DNA of 64,000 bases from Botryllus schlosseri (taxonomy: Eukaryota). Position 1 is the stretch's first letter. The number at the start of each line of letters is the position of its first letter. Shown one piece after another: positions 36,396 through 48,554 of this stretch. The DNA lies in assembly GCA_051294905.1 (NCBI GenBank), contig CM119380.1:2108001-2172000 (forward strand), in the 5' to 3' direction. Under the pieces are notes generated by a model. The model did no database searches. It saw only the letters and a list, made by a program, of their open reading frames with translations, and had not been told where the DNA came from. Position numbers and translations under genes: made by a program.

Positions 36396-38491
36396 TTATG
36401 TCCTGTATAAGTATTGTGCGCGACGTGATTTCTTATTAGCAAAATGTTCAATAACGAGTTTATTGAAATCTGGAATTCCCAGAACCACGTCGTTGTGAAT
36501 CGAGAGAACAGCCAACGCATTAAGCCTATCTTGGCCCATCCTGTTTCTGAGAAAGGTCTTGATACGTTTCAATGTGCTGAAACTGCGCTCGGATTCCGCG
36601 GATGAAACCGGGGTGGTCAAAATGATATTCAGAAAGCTAGTTACTGTAGCAAAGTTGATCGAAAGCGAATTTTCAACTAGGAATTTTGAAAGTTCACTAG
36701 TAGTTTTAATTTCCGAAAAGAATGTGTTAGAATACAAACAAGTCAACTCGCTCTCCAACCGAGCAATGTCGATCATCGGGTAATAACGAGGCACGCTGCG
36801 CAGTAGTCCAGAAGGAAAATGAATTTTGTAGGCAGGGAAATTTCTCGGATTTAACAGGGCGAAAGTAACCAACTGGTCACTATTCAGACGATGTTGGATT
36901 TGGGACATCAGTATATCGCAACATTCGTAAGCCGCAACAAGCAGGTTTTGCACACTTATCCCACGACGTAAAAGCGCTGTGTCACCAGCGAAGTGTACAT
37001 TCGCCCGGATATGCGAAATTGCCTCACAAAAATGTGCAATACACAATTGCGCAGTAGTACCATCGGCCATACGCGACTGAAAAGTGCTGTACAGTGTATC
37101 GACGTGCATGAAGATGTCACAAAAAAGCTTCAAAAAGAACAAAAATTCTTCGTCTTCCAGGAGTCGTTTAAGCCCCGCCGCTTCACGTATGGAAGTATCA
37201 TCCCAGACAGGAGAGCTCTCAATCACTGAGAAGCATTCCAGAAGCTCCACCCTACTCTCTGACACTCGTTGCACAACTCTGGATTGGAAGTTCCACCGTG
37301 TTGATACGCATCTAGGTAACCGGTGCTTGCATATGTCGCGCAATAGATCAGATCGCTTTGGCGAAACAGAGAAAAAGGAGGAGAACCCTGAAAGATTTGC
37401 AAAGAATATCTTGACAGAAGATATTCCTAAGCACATTTTTTTCACTACAAGATTGAGCTGATGCGCGTAACAATGCAAAAAATGCGCATGCGGGTAAACT
37501 TCTTTCATTAAAACTTGTACGCTATGTCGCGATCCGCTCATGACTGCTGCGCCGTCGTAGGTTTGCGCAATAAGTTTCGACTCAACTGAATAGGGCTGTA
37601 ATGTTTTTTTAATACGTAAGAAATTCCGACAGCAGTGCGATCGTCAACAGCCACAAAGCTGTGGAATCGTTCGACTGGCATACCAAATTTCGTGAACCGA
37701 AAAATCACGACTAGTTGTGACAAACACGTAATGTCAGTTGTTTCGTCAGACTGAATAGATAGAAATTCAGCGTCAACAATCTCGGTAAACAAATGCTGTA
37801 GATAGATGTGATATATCGAATCAAGCACATCATTTTGAATAGTCTTTGAGGTACCCTTAGCTACTGTCGCGGTGTCGAGATGTTCGCGCAAAATGCTATC
37901 AATGGAAGCCGTGTATTTAATTAGATCCAAAAATACCCCCCTATTGAGAGAGCATTCCTTCTCATCGTGGCCTCGAAGGGGCAATTCATGAACTCCAATA
38001 AATTTAATGGCATCAATCACCCGAGAGAGAACATGCCTATTCTTATCTACAAGCTCATTGTGCTTGCAGACTGATACGCGATAACTTTCATTGAGCTGCG
38101 ACATTACATTTACTCTGCGAAACAATTTATATTTAACTGCACTAGTAGCCATGTGCACTTGGGATTTTTGGTGCGTTTTCAGACGCTCTGACAAATGCTT
38201 CAGATCGCGATAACCAATTTTGTTCCAACAAGAGCCACTGCTTCCGGTACCGGCACTGTCGAATAAAAGACAGTAAAAGCAAAACAAGGCGTTTTTATCC
38301 TCGCCATAAGTAAGCCATTCATTTTTATCGAAATGCGCTGAAGAAAAGGCACGAGTGCGCTTTCCTCCGGCGTACGATTGGATCAATGGGCAATTTCTAG
38401 GCTGATACGGACCTAGTCGCTTTACCTCTAATTTTTGCTCTAAAGGCAGCTGGCTAAACGGCGTACGGAGCAAAGATTCAACACGATTCAT
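36396..38491 (-). CDS. ZMYM1/TTF-zinc-finger-type hAT transposase with a single 1-nt frameshift in an A7 run at 37604-37610
   Basis: WL..LFCFYCLLF, LRGHDE, IQNDVL, SDETTD, (Q)TYDGAAVMSG, HCYAHQLNL, TRWN, PVSSAESERSFSTLKRIK.FLRN.MGQDRL. Adding one A gives a continuous frame of about 700 aa. Confidence 0.92.
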
Positions 38492-40030
38492 GTTCGCACT
38501 TGACCTGACTACTTATCTGCAGAAATGGAAATGACTATAAATCGAGAGATTGCGTATGCCTAACTGGAAAGGTCAACGAGTTCGGACACATACGCAATTG
38601 TTATCTCATAGATTGGACAAGGAAATGGCATATTGAATCCAAAACATCATTCTGAAGAACTACGGATAGCAGCCTCGGAAATTCGGTCCCGGTACAGCTT
38701 GGGAGATTCTGGCCTTGAGGCTGGAGACTGTCACACGACACATACGGCTTACGGTCTATAGTGTCTATATGTCTGCTGCAAAATCGCCTTCGGAAAATAT
38801 ATTACCGAATAAATACGTGGATGAAAGCCGAAAACTTGGTACACTGTTACATGAAATCATCGAGAAGTATAGCCTCATGACCGTTTTCGGTATGGTACAC
38901 TGTCAAAATTAATACGAACAGATCAACGCCGAATTTTGCGTAATATTTACTGAGGAATCGGCTGATCAAGCGATCAGCTGTTAGCCGCCATCGAAAACGA
39001 AACAGCTATCGCGCTTGACAGGGGTTGTAATTGTGAGCAAATGGCCCGAAGGCCACCATTCCACGGTGAAATTGACATTGGAGAATATAAAATAAAACTA
39101 AATATTTGAATGCAAACCGAGGATGTTATTAAACTGTTTCATGATATCATCATCTCATCACCTATCTCAGTATGGAACACAGATACACCGGCTTTTGCGT
39201 GAAATCCGCAATGGTTAGGTAGGCTAAGTGTCAGATCAGCGCACATCTCTACCATACTCGAACTTAATAACGAAATTGCTGCCCTAATCATTGAGTGTCA
39301 ACCTTGAGACTTGGCACAGCGTTCGATACTAAAATCAAGACATACCATGTAAAAGTTCATGACGGATCTAGCTAAGGAGCATCGTTAAAATCAATGGAGA
39401 CCAATACCGGCTTTGCGTGAAATATGTTTGCGATACATGACCGATCAGCACACACTCGACTTTGGAAACGGAATTACTACCCTAAACTTTGAGTAGAAAC
39501 CCTGAAACTTAGGACAGTGTTAAATACCACCATCACGACATGACATACCAAGTTTCAAGAATTATCATGGTGTGAAACACCATCAAAATCGACCTGTACC
39601 AGCAACGGTCGACTCAACGCATATCACGGTATCCGAGTTCAGATATAGATACGATTGTTACATCACACCTTAGGGGCGAGCAAGCATATTTGCCCCGGTT
39701 GCTCGGCCATTTTACGAATAGGAGAGAGTAAAGCAACGTTTCTTAATTGTGCGCAGCTTTGAGAGAATAGATAGTGAAAGCTTGTTATGAGCGCTACCGG
39801 GGCAAGCCCCGGCTAGGCATTCACAAAGCGAAAACACAGAAGAGAATTCGATTTTCGCGGAGAATTCGCTATGTATGGGCATTTGCAAGCGAAAGCACAA
39901 GAAGAACGCGGGTTTCGCTGTGATCTCGATATATATTGAGCGCTGTGCGTCTATAAATGGTTAAATTGTTATTGAACAGAATTTTAGGTGGGGCAATGCC
40001 CCAGTTGCCCTATAGGACGAGCCGCCACTG
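36396..40030 (-). mobile_element. hAT element carrying the above transposase; 5' terminus at 40030, 3' terminus not located
   Basis: Terminus ggacgagccgccactg (40015-40030); linkage to the transposase is supported by the deleted paralogue at 12150-13221, which carries both. Confidence 0.65.
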
Positions 40031-40961
40031 TAAGCTACTAAACCCGTTCAGCCAGGATAGGTTTATCTATTTATGGCCAGATCCTCCTCATTTAATCAAG
40101 GTAAATATTCTCACTGAATGTTTCATTTCAACTTATATATTTAAGTACTGGTTATATTCAGACCGCGCGAAATTCCATGCTAAAAAATACACTGAAATCA
40201 CCAACGGGGCAAATCCTGTGGAAACACATGGAAGTTATCTACAAAGACTTGTGGTCCAGTGATCTCCATCAGCCTTCCAAACTCAAGCATTCCCATATCT
40301 ATTTAAATTCTCGCTCGAAAATGTCAGTGAAATATGCAGCACAGGTATGAGTGATCTTATAATTACAATCGTAGCAATCTATTAATAACTCAGAAATGAG
40401 AAAGAGTTCAATTTCATTGAGCAGGTTCTCTCAATATCTGTTGCAAGACAGTTGGAAAGAGCTGGTTTCGTAGCAACGTCCGAGTACGCAAAGATTTAGA
40501 ATGTACTTCCGGAAAACGAGGCCAGAAGAACCCGACTATGGCATCGTTCGCAGACATCAGCGACCCACGCTTATCGTGGCTGCAACACGAATTTTAAATT
40601 ATTTCCATACCTGGAAGAAATCCACGTGCTGTGAAAACTGATTTCATTGCTTCTCCAACTTACCAGGGTATTTGCATGCTGGTACCGTCAATAATAGACT
40701 TGGTACCTCCTCCAGCACACAACGATAAAATGGGTTTGCTTCGCAAGGATTTCGCAAGACTGTCTGGAACGACATTTCAGCATGCAAAGAGCAATCGGTG
40801 GGGCTGATGCAATTAACTACGACCAAACTTCTGCAGATAATCCGTCTGTGTTGAGCTTCGGATACAACGAACGAATTATAACAATGAAGAAGTCAGTGAA
40901 GGGGACAGCGTTGAACGGAAAAATTGACGAAGAACCGCTAAAGAAACGTCATCGTTCCTGA
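40031..40961 (+). pseudogene. P-element-like (THAP9-family) transposase catalytic core, spliced and decayed
   Basis: NPF..DRFIYLWPDPPHLIK|TARN (intron 40101-40162), ILWKH..Y..D..KL..HI.L..SKMSVKYAAQ|VLS.SVA, DPRL.WL..F..YF..W, SQDCLERHFSMQRAIGG, DNPSVLSFGYN, ending EPLKKRHRS* at 40959-40961. Confidence 0.85.
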
Positions 40962-41029
40962 ACCAATTTTATTAATTTGATAATGAAAACACTCAAAACT
41001 TAGGCCTATTCAATTTATTTATACCAAAT

Positions 41030-43112
41030 TCAGTTATTCATTTTTTTCAACTGCTTCCTGAGACCCTTGTTTGTCCTTGCGATGTTGATGTTTTTTTCCA
41101 ACACGTTCCTCAATTTCACAGAATAAGAATGAGCCCGCACTTTAATAAATTTGAAAAACAATTTTTGAAACACAGATTTGACTGTAAATCCATCCGTCCA
41201 ATGTGGTGTCTTCAGAGATGAGCTTGGAATATAAATCGACAACTCCAGATAATAACATGAATCGTGCCTTAAACTCATTATCCAGTCCAGGGTGAGGCTC
41301 CTCGGCAACGTGATTGCGAAAATACCGTTCGCAGTGCATAACTAATTCTATGCACTTCGCAACAGCCACCCATAACCGGTCAGATGTGCCATTAAATTTT
41401 CTGTTGCGTTGGTCGGCTAAAGATCCTTTCCTGACTTCACCTTTCAACTTCATAATGACGCGCTTGTCCAACTCAGTGGTTGAAGGGTGGTAACACAACT
41501 TCCTCTACAAGAATCCAGCAATATATTCAAGTATTTCAACGTCCGTGTCACTGATGTCCTTAACTGCGTTCCTTCCTATATTCTGAGGATTAATAACACT
41601 GCTGAGATACTGGTGGAATTTCTGAAGTACGAGCAACAGATCCCCGGGAGAGACTGACAGCGAATTTGCTCGATTTAAAAGCACTCCATATTTAGAAAAA
41701 TACGAATTGGGGTTAAACTGTTTGGCATATGCTGATCCTATGTCATAAAGAATTGAAAGGATTTAGCGTGTTTGATTTTCGGCCATAAAATCCTCGACGA
41801 CAGCTCTCACGGTGCTTCAATAGAAATATTCACAGGTGCTTCAATAGAAATATTCACAGTGACTATCTCACTATCATCAGATTGCTGACCGCTCTCCTCC
41901 TCTTCATCCATATAAATCACTACTTGCCATAATTCTCCGTCCATTGTATAACTCAATCTTTCGCTTTTTCTACCCACCGCAAACGTAAACACAATACCGA
42001 AACCAGTTGTTTTCTACAACAGGCGACTTTCTGCAGGCGGAATTCATGCGTGACGGCGGATTATTGTGACTCAACATACCCTTTGTTTGTTTATTGTACT
42101 GTTTGTTTATTGTACAATCGACAGAGTGCGACATCTAGTTTTTCTTAATCTAAGGTCGGTCGATACCAGCAAAGAGTTATTATTAGTTATTAAAATGATG
42201 TATTAATAGTTATAATAATGATGTATTATATGATGATAGAGGATAGATAATAATAAAAGGATATGCGATGAAAATGAAACGGCATGTCATTGTAGGCGAA
42301 GTGGGATGCCAGATCATGCTCCTGTAATTTCAAGCGCGTCACTCAGCAGAATCTGTTTCAGTATTGTAATCGGTATTTCATAAGCACAGCGGAAATAACG
42401 TTCTGAGCATTATGTTTGCACAGAAGTTTTGATTCCTTTACAACCGACACTGATACGTGAAAGTAATGGCCAAAGCATCATTGTGTGTGTGTGTGGGGGG
42501 GGGGGGGATCAATCAATCACCGAGGAGGAAATTTCCAAATGCTTCGAAGGATTGAATGAAATGAATCAGTTGTGATGTATGTGAAGCCATATTTCCCACC
42601 GTAAGGCAACCCAAGTAGCACGGGAAAGTGCATAAGCGCCCGTCACCAACTGAGAAAATTGACATCGACCGAGTAATCGACATTTTTTATATGAATAAAT
42701 GTATCAATTGGAATCGTTTGGTGCATTATTGGTTTCTTGATGCGAGTGAGAAATACCACGTATTTTAGCTTAGGCAGAGCCCCAAATTTGAGTTGCTTTC
42801 AGCCTTTGAGCTGAATGATATCACTCCCCTGATAACGATTCTCGCAGATCGCGGCTCTATTATAAATTACTCTGTTAAATCTGTTAAAGTTGAGACAGCT
42901 TCTTATTCACGTCTCCTTATGGAGCAACGTCTTGATACGATCGCCTTTTGAGGGGTCCCTGATAGAAAGAAGAAGGCTGGCCATTGCTGCTTCTGGGCCG
43001 CTTCATTCCTCAACAGCTCTGGTCTTAGTACCGTGAACAAAGACCTCTTACACGATTGATCGCTACGTCGATTAACATAACTACATCCAGGGATAGCGCA
43101 GTTGTTGACCAT
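41030..43112 (-). pseudogene. THAP-domain gene remnant with P-transposase-CTD-like motifs, convergent with the P core
   Basis: N-terminus MVNNCAIPGCS..SLF..P..QW (THAP-like), acidic block at 41807-41992, LEYIAGFL*RKL (about 41535-41500), ELVMHCERYFR, FFKFIKVRAHSY..KGLRKQLKK*. Confidence 0.55.
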
Positions 43113-43985
43113 AATTGCAGCGGCGGTTTTATCTGCTTACGACGGATGTCGTGATCATTGAAGCATAACCTATTAGTCAATGAAGAGCCGTGGTTTCCTG
43201 ATTACTGGTCTTCTCGTCGTTCTATGGTTTGTGGCACGCCGAATCTTCGGCGGCAACTTTCAAACGCTTTGCACGAAGTCTTAACGGCTTTCCTGTGAGC
43301 TTCTTTTTGGTACAATTTTTGGTGCATTGTTTTTTATCAATAATCTATAGAAATCTATATGATTGTTTTTTTTTATCAATAATCTATAGAATAAGACATA
43401 AATTATGGACAGCCCCTATCGCTCACCCTTGAGAAAGAAGAATGACATGTGTGAGCGATTCTCTAACTTCTATCAGGATGATCCGAGCGCGACCTTGTAA
43501 TTAAACACTTTAACTGCCAAGGGCTATTATGGATATTGCTAGCAAATGCCAGGAAACGTTGAATTTTCGACTAGTTACAAATCTTGCTGGAATCGGGCAT
43601 GCTGATAACTGTTGACCTTGTGCATCTGATGATCATTTTTTTTCTTCTATATTGAGGAATTTTTAATATTTTTAATATATTGCAATGTTTTACTGCTCAT
43701 TTTCTAAAAAGCCACCTAGTGGTCAAACAAAAACAAGGAGAGCTACTGTATGCAGATGTGATTGCAGGAAATACTGCCAAATTACCCGGACAAAATTACC
43801 AGAAATTTGTACACAAATAATCATGGAAATATTTTTATTACTGCATGTACGTCACAACGCCAATTATGACGTCACATATATTCAAAGTGCAGAACATTTA
43901 ATCTAAACTGGTAACAAAACACTTGTAGGAAAAACAATAGCAATTATTATGCAGGATGAAAATAACCATAATATAAATAGCTAAA

Positions 43986-45864
43986 CTAAATTACTTGGAA
44001 CTTGTATAATAATAAATAACCTGGAACTTGTAAATAATAAGTAACATGGAACTTGTACAATAATAAATAGCTTGGAACTAATGGAACAACAGCGAAAATG
44101 CAGGATTCAAATTGTTCAATTCTCGTGATAGCAACAAAACAAGGAATGAGACAGAGCCCTGTACCACATTCTTTACAACAATATGACGTTTTCTTGCTGA
44201 TCCCATTTGATTTACCAACAACACAGTGACGTTGCGGATACATTGAGCTATTTGTGGATGAGAATCGAGCCAAATGATGGAGACCAAATCCATCACAGGA
44301 TCTTTTAGAGGGTCTAGCATGTACTGGTCTTGGCGAAGATAGAGATAAACGCGCCGGGAATTCTTTTCCTGTTGAAGAGCACAGTTTACGAATCAACTCC
44401 TTGTTGAATTTATAAAACGACATCTTGTTGAAGCCTGATTTTGCCCTGTACAGAACATAGCAGTTGTGGATCGATATGTCTATGAGGTAAAAACATACCT
44501 TTTTAGTCCACTTAGTTGTCTTGCGTGTATACGGGTAGTACGCAATCAGTTGTCTTGCGTGTATACGGGTAGTACGCAATCATCTGATCCAAGTGATCGC
44601 AGCCAGACATGTGCTTGTTGTAATCACAAACACATGCCGGTTTCAATACTTTTTCCTTTTCTCTGGAGTTCTTCTTTCTCCTCACCACTTCACACCATTC
44701 AGTGCCGTTATGTTTCGTACTAATGGGTTTTGACCAAATTTTTATCTTTCCAGTAAAGAACAACCACTTTGCCTTTATCTTTTGCAACCCATTCTCCTGG
44801 TTCCAAATGACATTCCCGCAACTCTTTCGGTTCCCCACGAAATTTTCGCATTGTCCCAACGGTGTGAATTCCTTTTTCCAGTAACGCTTCCAACAGCTCC
44901 ACGCTGTTGTAAAAGTTGTCCATGTACAGTGAGTGCAACAGGTGAAAACATTTCTCCGTCAACAATCCAAATACAGTCTCCCGCAGAGTCTTGTTTTGCT
45001 TACAATATGTGTCCATATTGTAGCAATAGTGGGATGATGAATCAGCTAATAGATAGGATTTGATGCCATACTTTATGGGTTTGTCTTTGTTATAGCAACG
45101 GAAGTGAAGTCTACCGCGCTACTTCATCATGCCTTCGTCAATTGAAATGTGCTCTCCCAGTGAGTACAATGATTGCCACTTTTGCAAAAGATGGTTATAG
45201 ATAGGCCGACGCTTGTGCAGGCGGTCTGTACATCCTTCCGGAATGTCGCCATTGAAATGTAAATACATATTAATCTGCTGAAAGCGATTACGAGACATGC
45301 ATCTACGAAATGCTGGTGTTTCGATAAGTGTGTCAGTGGACCAATACATATCAAGTCCACATTTTTATCAATCAGTCCTGTGAGAATAATCACACCCAAA
45401 TACGTCTTCAATTCAGACACAGTGAGATCCTTCCAGTTTTTATGGCGTGAATTTGGCCCTGATGGGCCCTTGACATCTTGACGTACTGCGACAGCCTTTG
45501 GAAAATACTCATTTGTCTCTCTGACAATATGTTCAAGAAATTCCTCTGTAAACATCAGCGAAAAATATTGAAGTGGGTCAGTGACGTCGTCTACGGAACC
45601 TTCTTCGGTCGGACCTTGCTGCCCGGTAAATTTCTCCACAATTGGAACCCGTGCTGGGTCTACCCACACATAGTTGTCTCTAGTTCTTGGAGGGTGTTCA
45701 CGTCTAGCATAGACAACGGAAGGCTGCGCTGTTAGATTGCCTGAAATAGTATTTTGATCACTCTCACTATCCTGATGACTGCTACCGGCACTGGTATTGA
45801 TTCTTATGTAACGCCTTGAAGGAACCCTGTAATCCTCGTCATCTGAGGAAAGCGGCGTTTGCAT
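43986..45864 (-). pseudogene. piggyBac DDD transposase remnant (acidic N-terminus displaced to about 49360-49570)
   Basis: FSLMF..IVRETN, ELKTYLG, YWSTD, MSRNRF, ISIDEGM, YMDNFY, GT.RK.R, WKDK, DYNKHMSGCDHLDQ, KWTKKV, Cys-rich tail C..C..LC..PCF. Several frameshifts, including a 34-bp duplication at 44514-44581. Confidence 0.92.
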
Positions 45865-46429
45865 ATAGTGCCGAGAAGGGTAATTTCATCATTAAAGGGG
45901 CACTGCGCTCAAAAAATGATGTGGTCTCAAATTGAAGGGCAAAACGAAAAAAAAATTTTGGCCGCAGCCGTTTTCTTCAAAACGCCACCGTAATGTAGCT
46001 GCAATTTATTGAAATTTCCAGAAACGCACCCGGCTGCAGCTGTCGCGGCTCCGGGTAATTTCTTAACCCGTTACATGGCACGATGACTTCATCGTCGCAC
46101 TTGCCCGACGCGATTAGGCAGTCACGCAGAGGACGAACTTTAAATAGTTGTCAGTCGATGTTATGAAGGAATCATGTCTTGCACACCAAGGCGGCGCTCA
46201 ACGTGCGGTGTTAAATCAGGAGGATTTGTGTCTGGAGCTTGTCATGACTCTATAGTCCTGGATATAAACGGCAATTTCCTGCATTCTTCACCTTTTCTCG
46301 CATGCTTTTATATAAATGCCTACACTTTATAAATTGGGAGCATTATACTATCCGTCATATATAATGCTGCTATTCGTTTTCAGCATTTTTCTCATTGCTG
46401 CAATGTACTTTGATATTTTCCAATTGCAG

Positions 46430-46612
46430 ACAATATCGCTTGGTGTCTTATCGACACATAGGCTACTGGAATGGATTAATGATGGCGACGTTTTGGGTAG
46501 CAAAAACAGAATGCCCTTGCCAGCCTGCATTGTGACTGCTATAAAGCAAAAGTACCCGAGTGATGATGGACTGTATGTCGGTTTCAAATGGCCGATAGAA
46601 AACGAACTGTGA
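46430..46612 (+). pseudogene. KolX-like remnant similar to the P2X7 cytoplasmic ballast domain
   Basis: QYRLVSYR(fs)LLEW..LGSKNRMPLPACIVTAIKQKYPSDDGLYVGFKWP resembles the end of vertebrate P2X7 (AYR..W..LPSCCRWRIRKEFPKSEGQYSGFKSP). Confidence 0.75.
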
Positions 46613-46899
46613 TTGATAACACTGCGGCTCTCAAGTCGAAATCTGTTCAGTTACTGTTACTGTATTAGACAGTGAACTGGAGCTGTTTGCATTCTATATT
46701 CCACCAATGGCTGCTGTGCCTGATACATCACTACTTTGCTTACTCGGTATTTCAGCACAATTTTTAATAAATAATAAAAGAAACATCTGAGGACTATATA
46801 GGCAGGGTATTACAACGGGGCAGTCAGGCAAAGGAAGAATGAAATTGAGCTAGTAAGCTACGCAGCACTGCACATGCCGTACAACTCGAAGATGTATTG

Positions 46900-47720
46900 T
46901 ATCTCAGTCACATTCTAGCACGACGTTTTGAAAGTAATTCCTCGCAAGGGGAGGCTGGTTCAATGCTGACTGGATGCACACTTCTTCTGGCCCATGACAT
47001 CCAGTTTAGTTCGTGCAAGCATCGTGTCACAAGTAAAATGAAGACGTTTAGGTGCAAATTTCAATATGACGTTGTGATAAACTTCCAATGATCCTAAAAA
47101 AGGAAGGTGTGAAATTTAGTGATCTGACCATGCTCCGATAACTGGTGTGCAGATGTGATGAGTCATAAAAAACAAATTACCAGTATGTTAGAGTCATCTG
47201 CTCCAAATCCCAGATCAAACTTTTGTTTTCTATCAAAGATTTCAATGCTTTGAAACTAGGAGATCCACATTGCAACCATCTAGTTCTTAGGCTCTTATCC
47301 CCAGTCAAAGTGCCATAGCTGCAGGAATATGTCTCCCCGTCAACTGTCCACTCATGTTCGCCGGTGATGTGATGCAGAAGAGATATCCATCTTCTTTTTA
47401 GCACCTGAAATTGCATATTATATAAAAAGTTCCTAATATGTGATGTCAGACATAGTTGATATGTAGACTTACACTGCTGACAGCACCAACACAAGTGATT
47501 AGTGATGCTTCTTGTCCATAGTAGCAAGTCTTCCATACCTTTCTTCTTACCCAGAGACACCAACTTTTTTTTCAGTCCTGAGAAATGGTTAGTAAGGCAA
47601 AAAAAGATTCAAATAATAACATCCAAGGCACGCTCCATACCAACTTTTTCCATTGCAACACTGCTGGAGCACTCTGTTTTTTTAGACAAATTGGACGTGG
47701 ACAATCTTCTCAGTCTTCTC
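46900..47720 (-). pseudogene. Kolobok A transposase remnant
   Basis: E.SSSVAMEKVG.ERAL, WTRSITNHL.WC, RWISLLHHITGEHEW, WL..GSPSFKAL, GSLEVYHNVILKFAPKR.HF..MLART. Confidence 0.78.
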
Positions 47721-47873
47721 CATAAATGAATAAACCATATATTTTGCAGAAAACCCAGGTGAGTCCAATGAAACGGCACAACTTCTCGATGTCATTGCAG
47801 CTTGCAATAATGGCAATGTATGTTCTATATACTATTACGAAGACTCTGGGTAGAGCAAGACAATAGCGTAGAC

Positions 47874-48554
47874 TAGTGCTTTTCAACCTTTTTGAGCTCC
47901 ATTTGCACTTTTTTTGAAAAACAATTTAATTCGCACCAGCCAGCTGGAATTTATTACACAAAAAGAAAATGAAAATCTTATCACTTTTGTATTTGTAGAG
48001 CTTCCTGTAGTTACAGAGCGTCATTATTTCACATTCAGCGTATCATATTGTTGATTAATCAAATACTAAAATCACTGCAGTAGAAAAATCACAGATCTTC
48101 GTTGCTTTTTCTGGGGGTGTCGTGCAGTGATTTCTTTCGAAACTCAAAGGGCAAACCCATGAACAATATTCACTCGCAACAATATCACTTTTCCGCTAAA
48201 TCGACTTGTTATGTCAACGCTATATGAATGTGTGTGCCGAAATTCCAATACTTTGCATTCAAATCAACACTGGCATCGCCCACTAACACTTACAAGGTAG
48301 GGTTATCATATTTTTGACTCGGGAAAGGGGGACACTTATTCAAAGTTTTCAGAAATAGAATAGTGGATAAGTAGAAGCCTGAAAAAAATGGTTAATTTTT
48401 CAGACTCCGTGGTCGGTCGACTAAAAAAAGGTCAACTTTCCAGTTCAACTCCGGAAATACAGTTTTTCTTTGACACTTAACATTGATTGACTATTTGGTT
48501 GAAATTCTTTTCATTCGCACAAGTACGAACCCTCACACAGGTTGAAAAGCACTT
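47874..48554. mobile_element. hAT-type MITE nested in Kolobok A
   Basis: Termini tagtgcttttcaacct / aggttgaaaagcactt; no clean TSD. Contains a fragment resembling the TAGG-terminus MITEs at about 48298-48470. Confidence 0.55.

Noticed and set aside
28682-43182. One 14.5-kb element bounded by the shared GGTTATGCTTCAATG motif
   Set aside because: No TSD, the match does not extend inward, and the left copy sits inside an hATm 5' region.
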